Shown here: one piece after another, positions 55,754 through 64,000 of the stretch
Layout: every line of letters begins with the position of its first letter
Numbering within the stretch: position 1 is the stretch's first letter
From: a virus
DNA: 64,000 nucleotides
Strand: one strand, 5' to 3'
Virus record (IMG/VR): IMGVR_UViG_3300046499_000680
Coordinates: 19,202-83,201 of that record
The notes under the pieces: generated by a model
What the model was told of the DNA's origin: nothing
The model's database searches: none
Seen by the model: only the letters and a program-made list of their open reading frames with translations
Translations under genes and position numbers: made by a program

Positions 55754-55953
55754 TGATCGAGCCGACCTGCGGACGATGCGGTCGGCCTGTGCGCTGGGTC
55801 GAGGTCGATGGTGACCGGGTGGCCCTCGATCCGACGCCGACGAACGACGGCCGCTTCCGCCTCGTCGCCGAAGATGCCGGGAAGGCCGAACGGATCGACC
55901 GCCCCGGCCATCAGGGTTACCAGCCCCACGACGAGACCTGCTCCAGGGCATGA
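55753..55953 (+). CDS. Small Zn-binding protein
   Basis: CGRCG...W...LDP.P...H..TC. Confidence 0.68.
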   Translation: MIEPTCGRCGRPVRWVEVDGDRVALDPTPTNDGRFRLVAEDAGKAERIDRPGHQGYQPHDETCSRA

Positions 55954-56150
55954 ACGCCACCGTCGCCCGGCAACGACTCCGTGCGATCGGGTCCCGGCGG
56001 AAACGCTGGCGCCGGAGTGGGGAGCAGCTAGCCGAGGACACCGAGCAGGTGCTGCGCGAGACCCGCGATGTGGTCCCGGTCACCGAGGCCGCCAAGCTCG
56101 CCGACATCCACCGCACCACGGCGCATGAGTACCTGAAAGCCAGCAACTGA
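55950..56150 (+). CDS. Small HTH DNA-binding protein
   Basis: VTEAAKLADIHRTTAHEYL. Confidence 0.68.
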   Translation: MNATVARQRLRAIGSRRKRWRRSGEQLAEDTEQVLRETRDVVPVTEAAKLADIHRTTAHEYLKASN

Positions 56151-56152
56151 AG

Positions 56153-56506
56153 TTGGAGGATCGCGTCCGGTTCAGCGAGTGGCCGCCGCGCGACAGCTCC
56201 GGCGCCATCGAATTTCATCGGCACAACGGGATCACCTCGTTCCGGGCGCTGCCCTGGATGATTAGGGCGTTCGACCTGGTGGTACCTCCCGAGTTCTGGC
56301 ATCGGTACGTTGACCCCGAGCGCGACGAGCCGATCGCGGTCATCGAGTGTGGGTGCGGTGTCTGCCCGTGGGTCAGCGGCGCCAAGATCATCGAGTGCGA
56401 CTGCCACCGCTTCTTCATCTTCATCGGCGACCAGGTGCGCTGCTACCGTCCAGGCGACGAGGCGATTGCGGCCCTTTTGGAGCTTGACGACGGTACCGAG
56501 TCGTAG
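56153..56506 (+). CDS. Cys-rich hypothetical protein
   Basis: CGCG...CDCHR; start uncertain. Confidence 0.55.
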   Translation: MEDRVRFSEWPPRDSSGAIEFHRHNGITSFRALPWMIRAFDLVVPPEFWHRYVDPERDEPIAVIECGCGVCPWVSGAKIIECDCHRFFIFIGDQVRCYRPGDEAIAALLELDDGTES

Positions 56507-56512
56507 ATTAGG
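56501..56512 (+). promoter_or_regulatory. Late-promoter candidate TCGTAGATTAGG (copy 2)
   Basis: GTG start 6 nt after TAGATT (leaderless geometry). Confidence 0.7.
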
Positions 56513-56515
56513 TCC

Positions 56516-56797
56516 GTGGGACCGCCGCCCGATCACGACCAATTGATAGACGCACAGAAGGCGGCGATCGAGCTTGCGCGCTGGCAGGGGGAAATGGACG
56601 AGCGAATGAAGGCCGGAGACAAACGCTTCGGCGAGGTCCAAGAGTCCATCCAGCGCATCGAGAAGAATCAGGGAGACATGCAGGTTGAGCTTGCGACTGT
56701 CAAGACGAAGGTGGCCTTCTACGGGGCGCTCGGCGGGATGGCCGGTAGCGTGATCGTCGGCCTGGTGATCGCGATCGGGACGAGGGCGTTCGGGTGA
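56516..56797 (+). CDS. Coiled-coil plus C-terminal TM protein (XhlA/holin-like)
   Basis: Heptads then [19 protein letters not shown]. Confidence 0.68.
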   Translation: MGPPPDHDQLIDAQKAAIELARWQGEMDERMKAGDKRFGEVQESIQRIEKNQGDMQVELATVKTKVAFYGALGGMAGSVIVGLVIAIGTRAFG

Positions 56798-57432
56798 GCC
56801 GCCGGGACAAGATCAGGATCGGGGCTGCCGGTGCGGTCCTGCTGGTGCTGGTCGCCGCGCTGGCCCTGGTGCTGCGCGGCTCGACGGACTCCAAGCAGCA
56901 GGAAGCGACGGAAACGAAACACACCGCCAACGAGGCCCACCGGCAGTCTCAGGCGAACAAAACCAAAATCACGGCGGTCACCAAGTACCTGCGAGGCGAA
57001 CGCGGCTTCCCCGGCGCTCCCGGCTCGAAGGGGAAGCCCGGCGAACCGGGTCCCGTCGGTCTTCCGGGTCTGATCGGCCCGCAGGGGAAACTCGGCCTGG
57101 TTGGTCCCGATGGCCCCCCTGGTCCCACTGGTCCGCCCGGCGAAAACGGCAACCCCGGCCAGATCGGTCCGCCCGGCCCAGAAGGCACCGTCGGCCCCGA
57201 GGGACCCAAAGGCGATCGCGGCGACAACGGCGCGCAGGGAGAAGCTGGGGCGCCCGGCGTTCCCGGTGCCGAAGGGGCTGCCGGTCCCGCTGGTCCTCCC
57301 GGCCCTGAAGGTCCCCCTGGCCCGCAAGGACCGCCTGGGCCGCCGGGACCCGAAGGCGCTCCTGGTGCTGGGCCGACGACGCTGCTCTGCTCGCCCAACG
57401 GCGACGGCACCTTCACCTGCACCCCGGCCTGA
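56794..57432 (+). CDS. Membrane-anchored collagen-like protein (accessory lysis candidate)
   Basis: N-terminal TM, about 40 Gly-X-Y triplets, C-terminal Cys pair. Confidence 0.8.
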   Translation: MSRRDKIRIGAAGAVLLVLVAALALVLRGSTDSKQQEATETKHTANEAHRQSQANKTKITAVTKYLRGERGFPGAPGSKGKPGEPGPVGLPGLIGPQGKLGLVGPDGPPGPTGPPGENGNPGQIGPPGPEGTVGPEGPKGDRGDNGAQGEAGAPGVPGAEGAAGPAGPPGPEGPPGPQGPPGPPGPEGAPGAGPTTLLCSPNGDGTFTCTPA

Positions 57433-57545
57433 CATATCACAGGTTTTAGGGCGGGTCGGATTTCTGCCAGGTTTCGCCAAGCTCGGCCGAAGCTGCAACT
57501 CCCGTCAGGCGAAGATAGTTTTTGACCGTCCTCGACCCCGGTGCT

Positions 57546-57658
57546 AGGGTCGTCAAATGGCTGGTAGCGACCCTTGGACCCTCGGTGAGCTTACGAGCTA
57601 ACTGGGGTCTCCAATCCCTCGACTCGGACGACCCCGACCAGGGCGAATCCTCAGTCGA
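57546..57658 (+). ncRNA. Three-hairpin structured intergenic RNA candidate
   Basis: Stems 57546-57574, 57576-57610 (TACG loop), 57619-57658; TAGTTT upstream. Confidence 0.3.
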
Positions 57659-57686
57659 TCCGTTCGGCAAGGCACAATTGGCGGCC

Positions 57687-57971
57687 ATGAACCTCGTCGC
57701 CCCCGCCGCCTCCGACTGGATGTTCGACGTGTCGATCGAGACCCCGATGGAGGAGCTGCTTCGCCTCCACGGACTGACGGCACGCTCGAACGGGCGCCTC
57801 TACAACGAGGGCCAGGACTGCCACCTTCGATGGCGTAGCGATGTGAGCTGCGCCACCTGCCCGCTGAGCGACGCCGAGAACCCCGGCGCGCCGAAGTGTC
57901 AACTCTGCCGAACGAGCCTCCAGGAAGAACGACTTGAGACCTTCCTGGTAGCAAAATCCGGTGGGGTCTAG
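57687..57971 (+). CDS. Cys-rich hypothetical protein
   Basis: C...CATCP...CQLC; start moved from 57522. Confidence 0.6.
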   Translation: MNLVAPAASDWMFDVSIETPMEELLRLHGLTARSNGRLYNEGQDCHLRWRSDVSCATCPLSDAENPGAPKCQLCRTSLQEERLETFLVAKSGGV

Positions 57972-58443
57972 CGGCTCCCACGGGCCGCGACCCTTCACCC
58001 AGCGTCGCGCCTCCACCATCTTCCTGCGCGTCCCGCCCAACGAGTGGGTGGACATCACTCGCGGGATCAAGACCGAGTTCCGCGCATCGCCGAACGCGGT
58101 GACTCAAGCGCTGCACATCGAACCCCCGACTCCAGTTGTGGCTTATCGCTATGTCCGAGGCCGCAGTGCGGATTCCTCCCACGACTCGGCGCTGATGATG
58201 TTGGAGGAGACCTGGCAGGAGCCGCTGGCGGCGATCTCCCCGGAGTCGCTGCGGCGGGAGTGCCAGCCCGACATGGCGCACTTCCGCCGCTACTGGATGG
58301 GCCGCACCCGACGCCGGTTTACGCCGACTAGGATGGTGCGCGTCTTCCGCGTCCGTCCGTGGGCGGAGGGAGACTGGCAGGCAGGAGCTGAGACCCTGAT
58401 GAACCGACTGTACGGAGAATTCCGTGAAGCGAAGCCGACTTAG
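57961..58443 (+). CDS. ASCH/PUA-like domain protein
   Basis: I.RG.KTEFR, EPLAAISPESLRRE...FRRYW. Confidence 0.6.
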   Translation: MGSSGSHGPRPFTQRRASTIFLRVPPNEWVDITRGIKTEFRASPNAVTQALHIEPPTPVVAYRYVRGRSADSSHDSALMMLEETWQEPLAAISPESLRRECQPDMAHFRRYWMGRTRRRFTPTRMVRVFRVRPWAEGDWQAGAETLMNRLYGEFREAKPT

Positions 58444-58858
58444 GCGCAAGCCTCGGGCGCAGATCAGCGAGGCCGAGCGGCTGTCGCACGAACTGTTCCG
58501 GGAAGCCGCCCAGCGCCAGCGTTGCTGCCAGATGTGCGGGAACGCGCGCGCGTCCTGGCACCCGCACCACGTCGTCTACGCCCAGCACCTGCGCCGCGCC
58601 GGGCACCCGGTCTACGACACTCGGAACGCGATGCGGCTCTGCGTCGATTGCCACGCCTCTCACCACAGCCGCTCGATCGTCATCCCCTTGCTGAAACTGA
58701 CCCTCCAGCACATCGAGTACGCATTCCAGACACTCGGGGCCGGAGCCGACTACTACCTGCGCCAGCGCTACGGGGGCGAGGACCCCAGGGTGGACGAGTG
58801 CCTGGGCAGGTTCGAGGGAGGTGAGCTAGATGGGCGAATCGCCAGCGCCGAGGTATGA
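58424..58858 (+). CDS. HNH endonuclease (terminase-associated)
   Basis: CQMCG...HHVV...N...LCVDCH..HH. Confidence 0.85.
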   Translation: MKRSRLRRKPRAQISEAERLSHELFREAAQRQRCCQMCGNARASWHPHHVVYAQHLRRAGHPVYDTRNAMRLCVDCHASHHSRSIVIPLLKLTLQHIEYAFQTLGAGADYYLRQRYGGEDPRVDECLGRFEGGELDGRIASAEV

Positions 58859-59489
58859 AGTCAGCCGTCCCGGCGGCGGCAAACTGATCCTGGTCTCGCA
58901 GGACGAGGTGGAAGTCTGGGACGAGCTGCGTGACAAATACATCAAGGACTACTCGCTGGCGAAAGCGAACGACCTGGCGCTCCTGGGGACGATCCTCTCG
59001 CAGCATCTGGTGATCTTCCGCGCCGAGCAGAAGCTGAACGGGATGGAACCCGAGCTGGACCACGGCAACGTTCCGACCGGGCGCTACAAACACAACCCGC
59101 CGAAAGACGCGGACATAACCTCGGCGCACAAAGCGATCAACAGCGCCTCGAAAGAGATTCGCGAGCTGGAGTCATCCTTGGGGGTGGACAAGAAGACTCG
59201 CGAGGCCGGGGGGCAGCACACCGTCGCCGACTACGTGACGAAACTGAAGAAAGCCGGGCACCAAATGGGTGTCCACATCTCGAAGCGGGTCCTGGAGTAT
59301 GAAGCGTTCTGTATGGAGCTGAAGTGGAAAGTGCGGCTCCTGGAAAACGGGGATGCGGAGGACAAGGCGTACCATGACCTCTCGCCGGAGAAGATTCTGG
59401 AGTGGGCTGGTAGGGAGCTTGCACGCCTTGAAGAAGTGGACAAGAAATACGCGAAAGAGAAAGGTCAGGTCTTCATTGGAGCGCTCTAA
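58830..59489 (+). CDS. Terminase small subunit candidate
   Basis: Helical; IRELESSLGVDKKTR; between HNH and the large terminase. Confidence 0.6.
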   Translation: MGESPAPRYEVSRPGGGKLILVSQDEVEVWDELRDKYIKDYSLAKANDLALLGTILSQHLVIFRAEQKLNGMEPELDHGNVPTGRYKHNPPKDADITSAHKAINSASKEIRELESSLGVDKKTREAGGQHTVADYVTKLKKAGHQMGVHISKRVLEYEAFCMELKWKVRLLENGDAEDKAYHDLSPEKILEWAGRELARLEEVDKKYAKEKGQVFIGAL

Positions 59490-59613
59490 GCGACGAAAGA
59501 TCACCTGGCAGTTCGTCGGCGACTGCATCATCACCTTCCTCTGGCTCTCGGTGCTGACGCTGGCGGAGTTCGACTTCTGGGTCGTGGTGCTGAAGGGCAC
59601 CGGCATCTTGTAA
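59476..59613 (+). CDS. Small membrane protein
   Basis: Hydrophobic IITFLWLSVLTLA...FWVVVL. Confidence 0.35.
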   Translation: MERSKRRKITWQFVGDCIITFLWLSVLTLAEFDFWVVVLKGTGIL

Positions 59614-59728
59614 ATGCTCGACGTTCGCCGAGCCGCCCCACCTCGCTGTCCTCGCTGCCCGTGCCCGGCGATGCTCTGGATGGGGTCGGCCTGGCAGTGC
59701 CCGGAGTGCCAGTGGAGGGACGGCTGCT

Positions 59729-61501
59729 GTGGCTGAAGTCGTCAACCTCCAGGAACAGCGGGCGAAGAAGGGTCTCGGCGAGATCGTCGGCCTGGGCGTC
59801 GGGGCCGCGATCAACTGGACTGAGGGCATCTGGAACCTGGACGAGGATGACTTCCTGGTCCTGGCCCTCTTGCAGGACGAGATTTTCGCGCCGGAGCTGT
59901 GCTGGTTCGACCCGGCCAACCGCGAGTACGGCGGCTGCTATCGGGTCCGCGACTACCAGTACCCACTGTTCAGGGTTGACGAGCGCTACGCGGGCGCGGC
60001 GTGCGCGCGGTCGGTGGGGAAGACCGAGAGCATCAAGTCGCGCGCGTTCACCCACGCCTTCCGGCGCCAGTCCGAGAACCTGCTGGTCACGGCGCCCGAG
60101 CTGATCCACCTCCTGCCGCTGACCGACGCGATCGAGGAGCGCATCCTGGACACCCGGATCACGCGCGAGTTCCTGGACACGCGCGGCGGCAAAACCGGCT
60201 TCACCCACCGGCCCTTCGGCGTCGAGTTCCAGGACGGCACCAAGATCGTCGGCCGCATCCCGAAGATCACCGGGACCGGCGTGAAGGGTCAGCACCAGCC
60301 GGACCTGATCGTGGAGGAGGCCCAGGACTACCCCGAGCGGGGCTGGACTGAGGTGCATGAGACCGTGGAAAAGGACCACACCGACGCGGAAGGCGAAGCC
60401 GACTTCAGCTACCACTTCTACGGGGTTCACTCCGGCGCCCGCGACTCCGGCTTCTTCAAGCGAGTGAACGAGGGTGTGTTCAAGCTGATCCAGATCACCG
60501 CGATGCAGCGGCCGGGCTGGTCGGCGCAGGAGAAGGAGGCGGCGAAGGCGGCCTACGGCGGCACCTCCTCGCCGGACTACCGCCGCAACATCTACGGCGA
60601 GCCGGGGTCGGCCGCGTCGCCCTACTTCGTCACCTCCCGGCTCATTGCCTGCGTTGACCAGGAGCGCGAATCGACCTACAACGAGATCGAGTACGTCCAC
60701 CAGGAACTGCGCGCCGAGGAGGTGGACGAGATGCGGATGCCGATCACCGATGTCCTCGACCTGCCCACCCAGTTCGGCGAGATTTTCTGCGGCGCCGACA
60801 TCGGCCTCACGGTGGCGCCGACGGTGATCTCCGTCTTCAGCCGCGAGACCATCGGCAAAGTCCCCCGCCTGAAGCTGCTCCGGCGCTACACCCTGGAGCG
60901 CTTCCGCGAGCGCTCGATCCGCGAGGCCATGTACGCGCTCGGCTGGCACTTCGGCGGCAGGCTCCAGGCGTTCGGCATCGACGCCACGGGCCTCGGCGCC
61001 CCGATCTTCCAGGCGATGGAGGACGACGAGACCGCGCCGGGCCGCCTGCTCGAAGTCCAGCGCGGCTACAAATTCAACGCGCTGGTGCCGGTCAACGTGG
61101 ACCAGACCTTCGTGACCACCGACTCGCGCGGCCAGCTCCGGGACCAGTTCGGCGCCGCCGTGAAGATGGAGCTGGACCCCGACACCGGAGTCGAGCGGCC
61201 GGTCACCTACATGCCGATGATCGAGGCCAGCACGCGCTACCTCCGCGACTTCGTGGACAGCGGCTTCCTCCTGCTCCCCTTCGACACCGCCATCACCAGC
61301 GACATGCAGGGCGAGACCCAGCAGCGGGTGAAAGCGATCGGCGAGCGGAAAAGCAAGCCGCAGATGTTCCACATCCTCGACTCGTTCCGGGCGATGGCGA
61401 TGGCCCTGAAGTCGGGGGAGATCGAGGAGCAGCTTCAGGGCGCTCCGGCGCCGGTCCTCGACATGGCGCTCGACCTCTCCGACCCGATGGGGCCGATGTG
61501 A
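59729..61501 (+). CDS. terL: Terminase large subunit
   Basis: Walker A ARSVGKT, Walker B LIVEEAQ, nuclease motifs GADIG, GIDATG, HILDS. Confidence 0.88.
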   Translation: MAEVVNLQEQRAKKGLGEIVGLGVGAAINWTEGIWNLDEDDFLVLALLQDEIFAPELCWFDPANREYGGCYRVRDYQYPLFRVDERYAGAACARSVGKTESIKSRAFTHAFRRQSENLLVTAPELIHLLPLTDAIEERILDTRITREFLDTRGGKTGFTHRPFGVEFQDGTKIVGRIPKITGTGVKGQHQPDLIVEEAQDYPERGWTEVHETVEKDHTDAEGEADFSYHFYGVHSGARDSGFFKRVNEGVFKLIQITAMQRPGWSAQEKEAAKAAYGGTSSPDYRRNIYGEPGSAASPYFVTSRLIACVDQERESTYNEIEYVHQELRAEEVDEMRMPITDVLDLPTQFGEIFCGADIGLTVAPTVISVFSRETIGKVPRLKLLRRYTLERFRERSIREAMYALGWHFGGRLQAFGIDATGLGAPIFQAMEDDETAPGRLLEVQRGYKFNALVPVNVDQTFVTTDSRGQLRDQFGAAVKMELDPDTGVERPVTYMPMIEASTRYLRDFVDSGFLLLPFDTAITSDMQGETQQRVKAIGERKSKPQMFHILDSFRAMAMALKSGEIEEQLQGAPAPVLDMALDLSDPMGPM

Positions 61502-61947
61502 GCGGAGGCGCGCTGGACGAGTGCCGCGAGGTCCTGCGCGCCGTCAGCCTGGTGAAGATGCCGAACCTCCGGGAGCGGCCCGGCGACGAGGAGCTGCCCA
61601 GCGGGATGTCATTCGGCACCTGGAAGATCGACCAACTGGAGTCGTACCTTCTGGAAACCGCCATCGCTCGGCAGGAAGCGCATCTGGCCCGGCTGGTCGT
61701 GCAGGAATCGCTCGATGTTCTCCAGGGAAAGTGGGACGACATCGAGGGCTGGGAGGTCGAGCTGCCGAGCGGCGGGCGCCGGACCCAGGGCGATGTGGTC
61801 GATGCCAAGCGCCGGATCGACCCCGACCTCTACAGCTCGATCCAGACCGGCAAGCGCCTGGTCGATCGCCTCGGCGAGCAGATCAAGCGGCTGGAGAAGG
61901 ACGACGCCGCCACGTCCCGCGTCTACACGATCATCACGGGTGGCTAA
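61498..61947 (+). CDS. Helical/coiled-coil hypothetical protein
   Basis: GTGA overlap; long amphipathic helices. Confidence 0.68.
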   Translation: MSGGALDECREVLRAVSLVKMPNLRERPGDEELPSGMSFGTWKIDQLESYLLETAIARQEAHLARLVVQESLDVLQGKWDDIEGWEVELPSGGRRTQGDVVDAKRRIDPDLYSSIQTGKRLVDRLGEQIKRLEKDDAATSRVYTIITGG

Positions 61948-61978
61948 ACCTTCGCCGGGGGGCCGTAAAGTTCTGCTA

Positions 61979-62098
61979 GGGTAGTGAGCGCCTGCCCCAC
62001 CCGGCCTCTCGGAGAAGCCAGATAGTGCGCCAGGTGAAGTGACCTAGGGGTCGATCGCCCCCGCTAGCGCCCCCAAGTCAGTCCGGGGGCGCTGGTCG
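61979..62098 (+). ncRNA. Structured intergenic element ending in a terminator-like hairpin
   Basis: Short stems from 61979; 11-bp stem 62064-62074/62085-62095. Confidence 0.3.
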
Positions 62099-62155
62099 TT
62101 AAGGCGCGAAATCTCCGGGCTAAGACGGCCAGCAACGGGCGACAGCCGGGCGGAC

Positions 62156-62167
62156 TCGTAGATTAGG
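62156..62167 (+). promoter_or_regulatory. Late-promoter candidate TCGTAGATTAGG (copy 3)
   Basis: Portal ATG 7 nt after TAGATT. Confidence 0.72.
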
Positions 62168-62171
62168 GACG

Positions 62172-64000
62172 ATGGAGACCGAGACCGGGATCGTCTTGCC
62201 GCCGGGTGTCCAGCGGCCCAGCGCCGCCGAGGAGATGCCCGATCGGGTCATCATCGACAACCGGACGCCGCTGCCGGACGCCGACATTCAGGAGGCCGTC
62301 CGCGACATGTTCGTGGAGAACGCCTCCCTCGCCGGGGTCGAACGCTCGACCTTCCAGACCTACGCCGCCGAGGGGTCGATGCTCGCCCGGCGGAGGTATC
62401 AGACCCCGGCCAACGTCATAGACGAGATCAGGCTGGCCCGCTCGCTCGCCGAACGTGACGACGACGTGGCCGCCGTCCTCGGCGAGACCGTCGCGATCGC
62501 CTTCGGCGACGGCTACGAACACCAGGGCGACGACGAGGCCACCGTCGAGCTGTTCACCGAGATGGCGAAGGCGAAGTACATGAACCTCTCGCACGCGCTC
62601 CAGGAGATGTACCGGGAGCTGCTGATCTCCTCGCAGGTGAACACCGCGATCCTGTTCACCAGGGAAACGATCAACTACACCCTCCAGGGAAGCGACCGTC
62701 GGCTGAGCAAAAGCGTGGCGGTCCCGCTGATAGGTGTGTTGCACGCCGAGAACATCAGGGTGATCGGCAACGACATGTTCGGTACGGGTCAGCTCGCTTA
62801 CTACCCGGAACAGGACCGGCTGCGCCGCTGGCTGGAGAAATACTTCAACCCTCGCACCGAGCCTGCGGTGAAAGCACAGATGGGCCGCGAGGACAGGGTG
62901 TCGGCCAACATGTTCACCGGCAAGGTGCCCCAGGGATTGATCGAGGCGGAATCCAGCAACTGGGGTGAACGGTGGAGCGCCGACAACCTCTACTTCCTCA
63001 ACCCGAAGATGGTCCACCGCTCGACCTTCCCCAAGGGCCAGTGGAAGTACCCGCGCCCGCTTCTCACCCGCGACTTCTCGCTGCTGGAGGCCAAGCGGCT
63101 GCTGAACATCATGGACTACGCCCTCCTCCAGGGCGGCTCGAACTTCATCGTCGTGGCGAAGAAGGGCAGCGACAAACGCCCGGCCCAGAAAGAGGAGATC
63201 GAAAACCTCCAGAACGTCGTCCGCACCGCCTCGAAAACCGGAGTGATCGTCGGCGACCACCGGCTGGAGTTTGAAGTCATCACTCCGAAAATGGAGGCGC
63301 TGCTGAACCCGGAGAAGCGGCGGCTCCTCGGCCGCAAGATCGTCCAGGGCATGCTCCGCATTCCCGAGACCGCGCAGGAACAGCCCGCGCGCAGCTCGAC
63401 GGCGAACCCCGAGCTGGAGAGCAAGGCCCGCGTCATCACCTCGGACCGGAAAATGCTGAAAGCCCACACCGAGGATTACATCTACGACGAGATCGTCAAC
63501 CGCAACCCCAACGTCTTCAAAAAAGAGGCGCCGTGCATCGCCTTCCCGAAAATCGTTCTCCAGGGCACCCAGTTCTTCACCGACTACATGCTGAAGCTCC
63601 GGGACCGTGGCGACATCCCCCGCAAGTGGGCCGTCGAGTACGCGGGCTTCGACTTCGATGCGGCTGTCGAGCAGCGCAAACTGGAGAAGGAATCCGGCGC
63701 CGACGACATCCTGACCCCGGCCGAAGTTCCCTTCTCGACCAACGAATCCGGCCCGCAGGACAACCAGCCGGGTCGGCCGCCGGGCAGCCCCGACAAACCG
63801 CCGGGATCGCCGCCGGGCCTGCCCGCGCCGAAAACCTTCACCCACCAGAACCCCGGCGAAACGATCCACTCCTGGTACGAGGACGACCTGGATGCCGTCT
63901 GCCGGATGGGCGAGGTCACCTACGCCGTCCTCGACCAGTACCCGAAACGGGCCGTCGGCCGGATGACCGAGACCGAGCGCCGGGTCCTGGAGGACGGCGG
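62172..64000 (+). CDS. Portal protein (3' end beyond the window; absent from the ORF track)
   Basis: Open frame from METETGIVLPPG to the window end; position after terminase; AERDDDVAAVL, KRLLNIMDYALL.GG.NFIVVAKKG segments. Confidence 0.78.
   Translation, partial: METETGIVLPPGVQRPSAAEEMPDRVIIDNRTPLPDADIQEAVRDMFVENASLAGVERSTFQTYAAEGSMLARRRYQTPANVIDEIRLARSLAERDDDVAAVLGETVAIAFGDGYEHQGDDEATVELFTEMAKAKYMNLSHALQEMYRELLISSQVNTAILFTRETINYTLQGSDRRLSKSVAVPLIGVLHAENIRVIGNDMFGTGQLAYYPEQDRLRRWLEKYFNPRTEPAVKAQMGREDRVSANMFTGKVPQGLIEAESSNWGERWSADNLYFLNPKMVHRSTFPKGQWKYPRPLLTRDFSLLEAKRLLNIMDYALLQGGSNFIVVAKKGSDKRPAQKEEIENLQNVVRTASKTGVIVGDHRLEFEVITPKMEALLNPEKRRLLGRKIVQGMLRIPETAQEQPARSSTANPELESKARVITSDRKMLKAHTEDYIYDEIVNRNPNVFKKEAPCIAFPKIVLQGTQFFTDYMLKLRDRGDIPRKWAVEYAGFDFDAAVEQRKLEKESGADDILTPAEVPFSTNESGPQDNQPGRPPGSPDKPPGSPPGLPAPKTFTHQNPGETIHSWYEDDLDAVCRMGEVTYAVLDQYPKRAVGRMTETERRVLEDG

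Larger units (their letters stand above)
1..64000. mobile_element. Tailed dsDNA bacteriophage genome segment (actinobacterial host; temperate or lytic not determinable)
   Basis: Terminase, portal, HNH, endolysins, DnaB, initiator, tyrosine recombinase, dense overlapping small ORFs; no cellular housekeeping genes. Confidence 0.95.

Noticed and set aside
56990-57372. DNA tandem repeat or diversity-generating region
   Set aside because: Periodicity is explained by collagen Gly-X-Y coding with varied codons; no reverse transcriptase in the window
59531-63869. Long minus-strand ORFs 59531-61372 and 62163-63869 (likewise 32130-34172 +, 11813-13462 -, 55163-56641 -)
   Set aside because: Antisense shadows of real genes, typical of high-GC DNA; the opposite strand carries the motif-bearing proteins
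1-64000. Genome-wide TAG reassignment (prompted by the 26195 amber and in-frame TAG-ATG junctions at 10360, 15719 and 24155)
   Set aside because: Long conserved genes are uninterrupted in the standard code, TAG ends many genes at natural C-termini, and only one internal TAG was found

Overview
High-GC DNA that reads as one continuous segment of a tailed dsDNA phage of an actinobacterium, probably circularly permuted; a winged-helix gene suggests a Solirubrobacterales/Thermoleophilia host. I found no host housekeeping genes, rRNA, complete tRNA or CRISPR array. Layout: (1) 1-2950, end of a tail/virion module, including an HExxH metallopeptidase fusion. (2) 3.6-13.9 kb, rightward recombination/replication module: Sak/Rad52-like annealase, RusA, Cas4/RecB-like exonuclease, HTH initiator, DnaB, BCS1-like AAA+, DUF5131, ASCH. 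(3) 14.2-19.9 kb, five glycosyltransferases and two SAM methyltransferases, then a sigma factor preceded by a terminator-like hairpin. (4) 20.8-36.7 kb, leftward operon: two transglutaminase-like proteins, tyrosine recombinase, RuvB, VWA plus MoxR/RavA ATPase, headed by a ~550-nt highly structured non-coding region. (5) 36.7-38.7 kb, divergence point with five copies of a ~28-bp motif and a TCGA-free, CTAG-rich tract encoding a sigma-like protein, a candidate genome end or first-injected DNA. (6) 38.7-53.1 kb, about 35 small rightward genes. (7) 53.1-57.4 kb, lysis genes. (8) 58.4-64 kb, HNH, terminase subunits and a portal gene truncated by the window edge. The best candidates for undescribed biology are the large structured RNA with a complementary site 8.5 kb away, the TCGA-depleted putative leading region, the glycosylation cluster and the RavA/VWA/RuvB/recombinase operon. 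All calls come from reading motifs by eye; no searches or folding programs were run. Many starts were moved from the ORF track to starts supported by an RBS or stop/start overlap.
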